A DNA stretch of 64,000 nucleotides, taken from positions 48,773,847-48,837,846 of the forward strand of contig CP154954.1 of the NCBI GenBank assembly GCA_039621445.1, read 5' to 3'. This document shows positions 11,801 through 22,793 of the stretch, piece after piece. The position numbers and the translations under genes are program-made. How positions within the stretch are numbered: position 1 is the first letter of the stretch; each line of letters begins with the position of its first letter. This DNA is from Euglena gracilis (lineage: Eukaryota). The notes under the pieces were generated by a model. That model had not been told where the DNA came from, did not search any database, and saw only the letters and a list, made by a program, of their open reading frames with translations.

Positions 11801-14800
11801 AATTTAATCTTGTTCGCACAATTTCGCAAGCGAGTTTTCAGCTTTTGTTTGCGCAACTGCACAAGTGATACAGTTAATTTATCCTCACTGGGACCTTTCC
11901 CTGACGTGTTTTTTTTGCCTCTCAGAAATGGATGCATTGGGTGTGCCATGTTCTCCTGAAATCTGTTTCGCACCCCGTTCTATATTTTCCCATCAGCCGT
12001 TGGAGAGGAATGTGATTTGCTGTTATGCAGCCTGACGAAAAAGAGAGTTTTCACAACCCCTTCTTTGGACACCTCATTTCCATGCCTTGAAATACTGCCT
12101 AAAAGATCACACTCATTGGGGTATGATCGATATGGGTTTCGATTATACCTCAACTACATCACTCCAATGGTTGAATATTTAAGCTTTTTTGGGTTGGTTT
12201 AAAATGCCTCTGTTCAACGCCTTGTCCAGGGCGAGTTTTGGGTGTTCACAAAGCTCTTCATTCAATTGGTTTTCTGGACTGGGTCGTATGCTCCTGATTT
12301 GCACCACAAACTGGATAGGCGACGAAAGGGCAGCGCCAGACTCCCCTGAACCCGCTGGAAGAAGCAATCACTGGGTGGACAGCCTTTGAAGCTTGAACTT
12401 GTCGATCAGCTCCCAGGTGGCAGAATGTGTACCACAAAGTCCACAGATTGACAGGTTGTATTTTTGGCACTGTCCGTTGCTGTTTTTGCGATTTGGACTG
12501 GAATCTTCAAATTCGATAGTTTGTGAACTGTCAAGTTTTGAGACACGTGTTTTCATCTAAAAAAACGCGCCCCAAAAACGATCCCAAATAGGCAATAAAT
12601 TTTGGAAATGTTTTAGATTGCGCGATTGCGCAAGGCAAGTCCACTTTTATGTGCTAACTGCGAAAAAGGGTCTGCATGAAAGTGGTTTGGACAAATTAGA
12701 GGAGCGAAACACTGCAAATAAAACAAAGTTTTGGGCCTGCTAACTTCTCCATTATTTGTGAAAAAATTTTCTCCGACATTCACACTGTTGTTGCCAATTT
12801 GGAGGTTACTTCCAGTTTCCAAGCTGAGGTTTAATGCTAGATTTTTGTGTTGTAATTCTTAATTTGATCTAAATCCCAATTTGAAATCACAAATCCTCAA
12901 TCTGTCCCACAAATCACCGATTTAGGAGCTCTTGGAAACTTCCAGAGTTTTGTCAGGAGCTTTTTGCCTAAATGCTCCAAATATTTTTCTACCATTTCTC
13001 CGAGAGCGCCATTTTTACGAACCATTTATCAATCACCTTTTCCGGCATTTTTTTTTAATTCACAATTTTTTTTACCCAGTTTGCGCCCCCACCTTTTTGT
13101 CACGAAGCCCCCAAACGTTTGTTCTGTACCCCACAATCACCTCCCAAAAATGGATCCAGCCGAGACCCCCGCCCCCGGGGACCCTCCCTCTGTGGGGGGG
13201 GGTCCGCAGTCGGCTGGTGCGACGACCCGTCCCCCCCCCCCGGGTCCGAAAACACCTGCGGCTGTCCGCTGCAGACGTGCTGGCGCTGTTCAACGTGGCG
13301 GAGCCCTGCCGCACCGCCATCTACGTCTGGGAGTCGACCGCCCAGGAGCCGGAGGGGACCCGCCTCATCCCGTGGCTGAAGTGGCTGGACCACGAGCGGC
13401 AGCGCAACGGGGAGGGGTACCTCCTCGTGTGGCGCAAGCTGGGCGGCCTGGACCCGGCCCGGGAGGGTGTGTTGGCGCGTTGCGTGGTGTTTCTTTCCGG
13501 TGCATTGCCTTGTGTTGTGTGGTTGCCTTGCGTGGCCAGTCTGGCGATACGTTTGCACTGTACGTGCTGTCTTTGAACAGTCACCATCCCCTGGTCCAGG
13601 GACGTATACATGTGTAGACGCATGCATGGATGGATGTGCATATCATGCACTTATGTGGATGTGTGCAAAGCTATGAATATATGTGTATATAAATGGTGTG
13701 CTGTAGACATGGATGTTTGCTGAGCCCACTAGTCCACTAGTCAGCTAAAGCCATAACCAAGCCAGGAAGGATGTGACTGTGCGAGACCCCATCTTCTTGG
13801 GGGAAATAACTGAATAAAATCATGGAGTTGGGGATGCCACAGACCACCCACTCCACTGAGGGGAAAAAGAGCTTTTATTGTAAGCCCCCTGTTCTTTTTG
13901 ACCATTTTTCGGACCCCCTCCAGGGCTTTTTCAGCCGAAATTTGCAGCAAAAATCCAAAATAAATGGATCACCTCCAAAAATCTGGCCCCCTTGGGATTT
14001 TCAGCCCTGACCCAAAAAGTCGACCAAGGGTCGTACTTGGGGGGGGGGGGGACCTTGTCAATGGTTTGCGCTGCTGCTGGAGGGGGTGGGACGGATCGTT
14101 GTTACTCCGCAATCAGCCCAAGGATTTCTGGTTTTGTCTCAAAAAATGAATTTCATATGAAAGATGGGATAGAATCAAAATTTCAAAGAAAATCACACAG
14201 TTTTTGGGCTATTTTTTTGTATTTTGTTGAAAATTATCCGGATATGTCTTATTTGCGGGGGATATGTTCTATAAGTATCCATATCCTCCCCTCACAGCCA
14301 AGCTCTGGGATTGTATCCGGCAGTCTAGGCACGTCCCGTATGAGAAGCACCGCAGCGAGATGTTCAAGGCGCTGATCAACCTGAACAAGACAGACAAGGT
14401 GGAGTCTATGTTCTGCTCGGAGCTGGTGCACAGCCCGGGCCTTGAGCCGTCTACAAAAAGAGGCCAGAACTTCCTGCCTGGAAGTGTGGGTCCTCCCTCT
14501 CATTTCCATTGTTTGTTGACCCCATACCTGTCTTGAATATGGAAGTCGTGTGGTTGTGTGTGCACCTGAGTTGTTCCCGCTCCCTGCTCCCTGGCACATC
14601 CAAACGTACTCAAGGCATCTCCCCTCCCTCGAGGGCATGCAATCTGGACCATGCCAAACCCTGATGCCATATACATACACACACACACATATGTATATGT
14701 GTGTGTGTGTGTGTGTGTGTGCGTGCGTGCGTGTGTGTGTGTGTGTGCGGGCAAACCACGAGGTGGATTGGATTCTGCCAGGGAGCTGTGCTCAACCGTT

Positions 14801-15167
14801 TCCGTGGCAACTGGCACAGGGGGGGGGCTTCTGCCTGGGGACCGAGACCAGGCTGGCAAGGGCCTTCGCGATGAAGACGGCGGGGCTGGTGTCGGACCGC
14901 ATCGTCGTGTCCAACATGACCACCGCCTCCTTCTCCCACTTCTACCACCACGACTCCAGCAACATCGAGGACGGCCTCCTGAACTGCACCCTGGCTCCGG
15001 AGAAGCGGGTGACGCTGCCCCTGTGTGCCCCACCCCCACCCCACAGGGGTGCTGGCCGGTCCCTTGCCCCACAATGGCACATTCGCATGGACGTGGGGCT
15101 CATCCGCCTGAGTCAGGTGGCCACCTCCCGTGCCATCCGCAGGGTTGCAAAGCCGTTCACAATCTAG
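8892..15167 (+). CDS. Permuted papain-like NlpC/P60 amidase (YiiX/YaeF-type), multi-exon (copy 1)
   Basis: Exons 8892-8976 (MPLFSSK...NVGT), 10842-~10942 (GDVLMHHG...[12 protein letters not shown]), ~13266-13466 (IYVWEST...LVWRKL), 14298-14427 (VPYE...MFCSELV), 14861-15167 ([10 protein letters not shown]...). His (YSH) precedes Cys (FCSELV), as in the permuted family. The 3' end is less certain. Confidence 0.8.
9614..10097. mobile_element. MITE with 8-bp TSD, internally built of GCGCATTTTT repeats, private to copy 1
   Basis: [18 protein letters not shown] / CGCATTTCCCCCCCC; flanks ACATGGCA / ACATGGCG. Empty site AAACATGGCAAAAAG at ~37795. Confidence 0.75.
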
Positions 15168-17516
15168 GCGCTGGCAGTCGTGGCGTCGGCTTCTCCGCAG
15201 CGGTCGCTGTGCGGGTGCATTCCTCCTCACCCTCACACCCTTGCCACTACCGGGGGTATGTACCTTAGCCCCCGTTGCTGATGAAGTGGAACTCTACGGC
15301 CGCCTCTTTTCCTACCCTGTACTGTGATCAGGGTATTAAGTGAGCATTGGTTTTGTATGGGGGGGAGGGGAGGGGGGTTCAGATCCCCCCTTCAGACGGA
15401 AGGGGGGGATGGGACCCCCGGGAACTCAAAATCAAACTCTGGCGCATTGTGCTGGGACAAAAAAAAGTTTTTGTATTCCAATTGTGTGCGTGTTTCCAAT
15501 TTTCAAAAAAATGTGTGCGAATGCGCAATTTTTGGGCCTTTTTCCAAATCCAAAAAATTCTGTGGCTCTTTGTGCCAGATTTTTTTTGCACAGGAGGACC
15601 CCCCCTTCGGGAGGTCCATAACTTCGGGAGGTCCATAATACCCCCTTCCTCCCTGTTCATTTAATACCCCGACTGTACCTCATGCCCCTATCCCTGATCC
15701 ACTTGCAGCCCTACATTGTCTGCGGCAGACCCCTGGCTGTATTGAAGCTCTGGGTTTGTCGTCAGGAGGGGGAAGGCTTGGTGTTGGACCAAAAGCTTTT
15801 AAGTCGCCCAAACAAGGAATGGGTTCGCAGGCTGTTTGACAGACCTCCAGTCCAACGTCTGCGTTGTGCAACGAGTGCCCGTCCCCGAGGGCTGCCCCAT
15901 TCCGTTCTGGGCCACCACCCTTCCTCGTCCCGCCTTTCCCTCCTACGGTCCTCGCGGCTGCCCTCAACGTGCCGTCCAGGCATCCATGCGCACGTCTCCC
16001 TTTTTCTCGTATTCTCACCTCACCCAGACCTTTCCTGAGGAAACGGCTTCAGCAGCTGACCTTTCTCTTGCGAAATTTGAGAATTTTTGTTTAAAAATGT
16101 GTATTGACATTTTTTTTCCAGGCTTCTGACCATAAAAGTGTTGGAGAAAATCACCTTTTTGGATCTTCGTGTCGCCAGAGGTCGAAAAATGTCGATTTTT
16201 TTTTTCCTCAAAGAGACCTGTCTCCTCCCTGTTCTCTCTTCCCTGTTCTCGCTGACTTGTCTGGAGATGCCTGATCTCCCTCAACCACGACGTCCTTCCA
16301 AGCTCGCTTTTGAAGGCAAGGCATTAATTTTAGGGTGCGGAGAATGGATTTTTGTGTGTGGATTGGATCCACTTTGAGCCAAAAACAGCACATGGTGGGG
16401 CAAAGTTGAAGGTTGTTTTTTTTTTAAATCAAAGAGGCCTGCTTCCTCCCGCTGAGCAATTCGCTCCCCTGTGTGTCGTGTCCCGGTTTTGCGCCACAGG
16501 GGTCCCACCGACCCCCTCTGTCCTCATCTCCGCCGGTGCGCGGTGTGTCTGTGGGTCGGTAAATGAGAGCTACTCTCGGAGGACAAAGGTGGTGCTGGTG
16601 ATGGGCCCGTGGCACATCACCGTTGATGGCGTTGCTGCCTGTGCCGGCCTGCCGCCGTGCCTGTCGGGGCCTGTACTCCTGCAGGTGGCAAAAATCCGCT
16701 AAAGTCACAGCCTCGGATCTCTTCTACTGCGGTGCGGCACACGTCGGAACATCCCGTGAGCTCACCCACAAAGAACCCTCTGAAGACGTTCAGTATTATT
16801 GCAGGACATCCTTCCTCCAAACTTCTCTCACAAAGGGCAGGTCGCAGGCTGGCAGGTTTTTTTGGCTGCGAAGAGACGCACATTGAACAAATCCCTTGCT
16901 TTTGTGTGAACTCAGCCCTGACCTTTCACCAATGCGCCCCCCCCCTTCCGAGGGGGGCTGAGTGGGTGTGTCCTCTAGCCAAGCCCCCCCCCCCCGGTTT
17001 GGGCCAAGTGGGTACCCCGCCAGAGGCGGGGGTTTCCCCCGTTTCGGTGCGAAGTGCCGATCAATTTTTGGTCCCCAAAAACCAATTGTGGTCCCCCTGA
17101 GCCCCCCCCCCCCCCAGGCCCCACCGCAGGGGTTTGGACCCCCCCGGGTCCTAAAAAACCTCTCCTGGATAAATATGCTGACCCATACCAAAAATCTACA
17201 GACAAAAATCCAACGCTGACTGTTCAGGCTCACACAGTGGAATGGAAGTGGATGGTCCGCTTCTGAGCCGCAGGGGGTGGGGTTGTACACCCTCATCGAT
17301 TTTTAATATCATCAATTTTTTATCGCTGCTGAAAGTCTGGGGTAATTAGTGCCTCTTGTCCATGGGGGCGACCCCTCCCCCCGACGACATCGATCCCCCG
17401 TACCCATCCCTCATTTTCAACAACACATCCAATTTCCACCAACTCACCAGCACATGACGACCTATCCTCAGGTTTGGGGGGGGGGGCGGGGCACTGACCA
17501 ATGCCAGCCAAAAGGA

Positions 17517-17744
17517 TAACCCCCCAAATAACTTGGCGGGCCCTTGCTCCTGGCGGGGGCCGGATAACCTGGCAGGGGGAGGGGCAAAAAGGATGGTCCC
17601 AGAAACGTGGCACCCCATTTTCAGCAAAATTCTTTTATAGCGCTGAAAAAAAAACAGGCCCAAATAGCCTGGCGGGGGGGGGGGGGCAGGGCCAAACGTT
17701 GGTTCAGTGACCTGGCACCCCGCCAGGTTATTGGGGGGGGTTTA
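17517..17744. mobile_element. TA-flanked MITE just upstream of JBP1 (also at 45854-46072)
   Basis: TAACCCCCCAAATAACTTGGCGGG ... CCCGCCAGGTTATTGGGGGGGGTTTA inverted ends; same terminal type as 7392-7621. Confidence 0.6.
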
Positions 17745-17787
17745 CTTCCCCGCAGGGCCACCACCGTGTCCCTCAGGCTGCCCCCCG

Positions 17788-20700
17788 ATGGCCCGCGGAA
17801 AAGGCTCTTCAGCCGCCGCCAGGGCCAAGGAGGCCCCGCCTGCCAAGCGGCCCAAGACAGAACCCCCGCAGGTGTCGCGTGTGTTGCTGGGGCGGGGGTG
17901 GCGCAGTGGAAGCGAGGTCTTTTGAGCGGCTGCCTCGTGGGGTGTCCAATGTTGCCGGTGTGGTCTGGTCTGTGGAGACCAAGCCACAGCATCCATCTCC
18001 CTGGCACCTTATCCCCTTTCCGCAACAGCCGGGATGGCAGTGTCAAATGCAAATGCAGTTGAAATGATCCCACCACGGCTCCTTGGGTCACTGACCCCCA
18101 AAGGTTAAACCGCGCTTCTAATCATTCCACCCAGGGGGAGCGACAACCTAACACCGAGCCCAAGGTGGAGCCAAGTGATGAAACAATCCAGTCCGGTGTG
18201 CCTCCTCTCACCCAACAGGTTGTGTTGACCAAAATTGAACCTCCCTCCTGGGGGGGTAACAGTAGGAGGAGGTTCGAGCTCGAACGTTCGAGCTCGAACC
18301 TCCTCGAACGTTTTTGAGCCCCCCCCCCTCTTCGAGGGGGGGGCTTAAAATCCTCCTCGAACGACCTCGAACGACATTCGAGGAGGATTTTGATCCTCCT
18401 CGAATGACCTCGAACGACATTCGAGGAGGATTTTGATCCTCCTCGAACGACCTCGAACGACATTCGAGGAGGATTTTGATCCTCCTCGAACGACCTCGAA
18501 CGACATTCGAGGAGGATTTTGATCCTCCTCGAACGACCTCGAACGACATTCGAGGAGGATTTTGATCCTCCTCGAACGACCTCGAACGACGTTCGAGGAG
18601 GATTTCGATCCTCCTCGAACGACCTCGAACGACATTCGAGGAGGATTTTGATCCTCCTCGAACGACGTTCGAGGAGGATCTCGATCCTCCTCCTACGTAC
18701 ATACATTCAAGTTTCAGTTGCAAGTTTTTTTGGGCTTTGTTAGCATGGTTCATTGTTCTTGATTCTGCTTGTTTGTTTTTTTCTTACGCAGGAATGCACT
18801 TGTTCATAAATATTTTTATTCAGAAATATTCTTATACCGAGAGAATTTCTGAGGTTATTAGAAGGAATAGGGTTAGGGTTAAGACTTCATCCCCAATGGT
18901 TGTAACCATCCCGCTCATCGTTGCTATATTTCCCTCTACAGGGTACACAGCGAACCCAAAAAGTCGCCCAACTAGGGTTAAAAACATGGGGGGACCCGAG
19001 CGAGGCGCCGAAGGCACCGAGCGAGGGTCCCCCCATGTGTATTAACCCTAGTTGGGCGACTCTTTGGGGTGGCTGGTACCTGTAGGGGGAAATTTTCCAC
19101 GCGTCTTAAAAGAAACATATTTTTTCTTACGCAGGAATACACTCATTTATTCAAAAATATTCCCTGAACGGCATTCGAGGAGGATATTGAACTCCTCCTC
19201 AAACGACCTCGAACGACATTCGAGGAGGATTTTGATCCTCCCCGAACGACCTCGAACGACGTTCGAGGAGGATTTCGATCCTCCTCGAACGACCTCGAAC
19301 GACGTTCGAGGAGGATCTCGAACCACCTCGAACGACGTTCGAGGAGGATCGAGATCCTCCTACTACTGTCCATCCCACTACCGTAACCCTCGCCCTCCCT
19401 CCTATTTCAGAACGTGGTCTGAAAATTTTAATTATTGCTCACATGCATTTGTGGACAAGAAACAGGCATGCTGTGCCCTGTACAAATACCATGTGTGTGC
19501 TCACACACGTGCATTTCGATGCCTGCACAAAGAGAAAGCAGCATTGGTGCCGACGCATTGATGCCGACGGCCAATCTTATTTATGTCCGACGGAATGTCC
19601 CAGAACTTACGGCCCAACTGCGCACATGATTTGGATGGAGAGCACCTAATTGACTGTGCTTCAGCACAGTCAACGTGCACACCAGCATGATTCGCAGGGA
19701 GGGTGTGGAAATTGTGAGTAGACAAAACCCACTGATGCAAAAGGATCATTAAAGACGAAGTGTAGGGCCAAACACCCAAATGGGAACGAAATGAACATTT
19801 TTTTTTTGGCTGGAAGTTTCTTGCGAGCTTGACACAGCGTCTGAGGGAATTCCCCCCCCAAAAAACTTTCGGCTTCTCCCCAGCCCCGGAACCACCCACC
19901 CACCCACCCCACCTCTGGGGTCTTCTGATTTAAAAAGAAGGGGGGGCCACCATGAGCATCGAGCACAGCAGGAAGGGGGCTAGACATCGCCATATAGAAC
20001 ACATGAATTTGCGGCGGGGCAACCTCAGAAAACGCACTGCGGGGCTGCCAGAGGTCGTTCCAGTTCACATGTGGCATACAGTAGAGCTCCACACTTAAAT
20101 GTGGGGTACTGTGGGGGATATGTGTGGGGGTGTGATATGTGGGGGGTGTTGGGGGGATGTTGGGGGGTGTCCAGAAACATTAAAGTTGGATGCCCCTAGT
20201 TGCACTGATAAAGGATCTTTGTTATTTTCGTTCTGGGGGTCCCCCCTGGACAAGGCCGAAGGCCGAGTAAGTCAAAAAATGATGCCAAAAATTTCATGTG
20301 TGGGGTACTGTGGGGGTGTGGGGGGTGTGGGGGGGGGTAGTGTGGTTGTTTCTGGGGTACCTGCTTTGGGTCAGTGTAAGTTTGGCAGGCAGAGGGGACC
20401 CTACACCATGCCAAGCATCCAGTGCAAAGCTGGTCGCAAGCGAAGGACACCTGCCCCCCCCCCCCCGGCACCAGTGCCGGCGGCCAAGCCCAAGCCCGTG
20501 GCCGCCGTCTTCCAGCCCAAAACCCCCGTGAAGCAGGAGGTCAAGGCCGCCCGCAGGTCCCCTTCCTGACAAACAAACACAAAACAAACACGCACGCATG
20601 CACACACAACAACATGCACACACTCAACACACACTCAGCACACAACTAGAGGCACCGTCACACTGCTGCTCATCAGATATCCTCATCAGATAGGGGTGAA

Positions 20701-22744
20701 ACACGGTCTGGAGGTGATGGACACAGCCTGACCCAAGCACTGCCAGTTTGTGTAGATTTGCCAGCAGAGACGTACCCCCCCCCCAACGGGCCGTCCATCA
20801 ACCATGGCTATGGCCATCCCCGGAGCGTTTCCATGGCACCGCGCCTCCCCACCAGCAGAGGGCAGGTCCCAGGAGGTCCAATCTCACTGCACAAGGTCAA
20901 CCATACTTCTTTGTAGTAAGTAAAAAGATTGCAGAGTTTCTGTGAAAAATACCCCAAAAAATTTGCGAAATCCTTTTTTCTGCCTCTTTTGCCTTTTTGC
21001 TGTTTGCTGCACCGCGGGGTGAATTCGTCGAAGCTTCCCGCTGGATGTCATGCGGAAGTTTCAATGTGTGCAAGAGGCTTCCTGTGCCCCCCCCCCCCCA
21101 CCCCGTGGCGACCCCCACCGCAGCACGGCGCCGCCCGTCGTGGTGCCGCCTCGCCCCGCCGCTGCCGCCTCCGCCTTCGTGCCGGTGAAGGAGCGGCCGG
21201 CCCCCGCCGGGTCGGGCGGCAACGGGTGCGCCCGGCAGTGGACAACGGAGGCGTGCCTTTCTCTGTGCCACTGTTGCTATCCGGATTGCTACGAAGCAGG
21301 TTACAAGAGGTCCCTGCCCTCCCCCCCCTCTTTTTGGGGAAAGCCCGTGTTCATTGTCTCAAAGGCTATCATTTTCTTTCCGTTGTTACTCGCCATGTGT
21401 CATATGTGATATTTTGGACCGCTTTTTGCACACATTTTCATTTTGCTTCAATTTGGAATCAGTAGATAAAATATTACGCTAAATATCATCTCAAACCCAA
21501 AATTTTGTTCTTTTTTTGTGCTGTATTTTATTCACCCCTCGGCCACATTCGGCTGCCATGTAAAGGAGGTGGGGTTCAATTGAGGGGTGAATTAAAGAAT
21601 GAAATTTTTTTTGGCTTGAGGTAGTTATGGGCCCTAAAGTTAGACCCAAAAGTGGGCCCCTGAGCCCCCCCCCCCCTCCCCAGGGTGGGTGGTTGGGAGG
21701 TTGGGTGTGGATGAGGCGCACTACGACCCTGCAAGAGAACTTTGGGAAGGGGTGTGCAGCTTTTCTGTTTGTTTTTTTTGTCCCCAGGAGGCGGTCGCTG
21801 CCCACCCTTTCATCGACAAGGCCCACTATCGGGCCATCGTCACGACGGACTTCCTCTTCTCGGACGACGACGGGCGGGTGGTGTGCGTCGTGCTGAAGGG
21901 CGCCTACCCGGACTGGGTGCGGGAGTGCGCTGCTGCATAGGGCCGATTGCCTCACGGCCCCTGAGATGGGCCCATTCCACTTCATTTACTGTAACACCCC
22001 CCATCTGGGTCAATCCCATGTTAAAAGCTCTTTTGTATGAATTCCTCTCTTATCAGTACCTGCTTCTTGTCCTTGTCGATGCTCACCTTCTTCTTCAGCA
22101 GGAAAAGGGGTTGTGTTCTGAAGTGTTAATGGCCCCCAGTGCCAGTTCCCTGGGCTTTGTTCTGAGTGACTTGTCACAGGGCCCCCATTTGGAACAAAAT
22201 AAAAAGGCACCAATGGCGCGAGTTGCCAATGCTCAAATCCGGAGCGCCGGCCGGCTCTGCCCCCGACGTCCTGCGGGGCGCTGCCCGGCCGACCTCCCTA
22301 CGGGCAGGCATCTTCGGGGGCGTGGCCCCCATGTCCGGTGTGAACCGTGCCCGTCACACGTTCCCTCTTCCCGTCATTTGCCATGGGAAGCAGCAGCAGT
22401 CTGCTTCTGGCCTCCATGAGTCCATTCCGTGCCTGCCAAGTGGGCTTGGCATTTGTTGGCCGCTCTGCCCTGTGCCCTGGTTGCATGCAACCTCCCAGGA
22501 ATCGCTGGCTACTACGATTACATGGGGGCCCCGGTGGAGCTGAAGGGGCGGAAGACGAGCTTCACCCATGACCACCTCGAGGTCTTTTACTGGTTCAGAG
22601 TGAACTGGTGCCAACCAATTTTTCTTTGGTTGCCTGAAAGTTTTTTTTTCTGCCTCACAAATTTTTCTGTTTGCCAGCTGTTCTCTGCGTACGTGCACAT
22701 GCGTGCGTGTGGCTCTCTCACCCTCCCTCCCTCTCTTTCTCTCT

Positions 22745-22793
<49 letters not shown>

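Noticed and set aside
11200-12900. AT-rich higher-complexity intron segment as a transposase relic
   Set aside because: Only short broken ORFs with no DDE, RT or other motif that I can recognise; needs tBLASTx.
18351-19360. CRISPR-like palindromic repeats
   Set aside because: Units are directly adjacent with no unique spacers, there are no cas genes, and the context is a eukaryotic intron.
20569-20768. 200-bp insertion private to copy 1 as a mobile element
   Set aside because: No TIR or TSD found; looks like repair filler.
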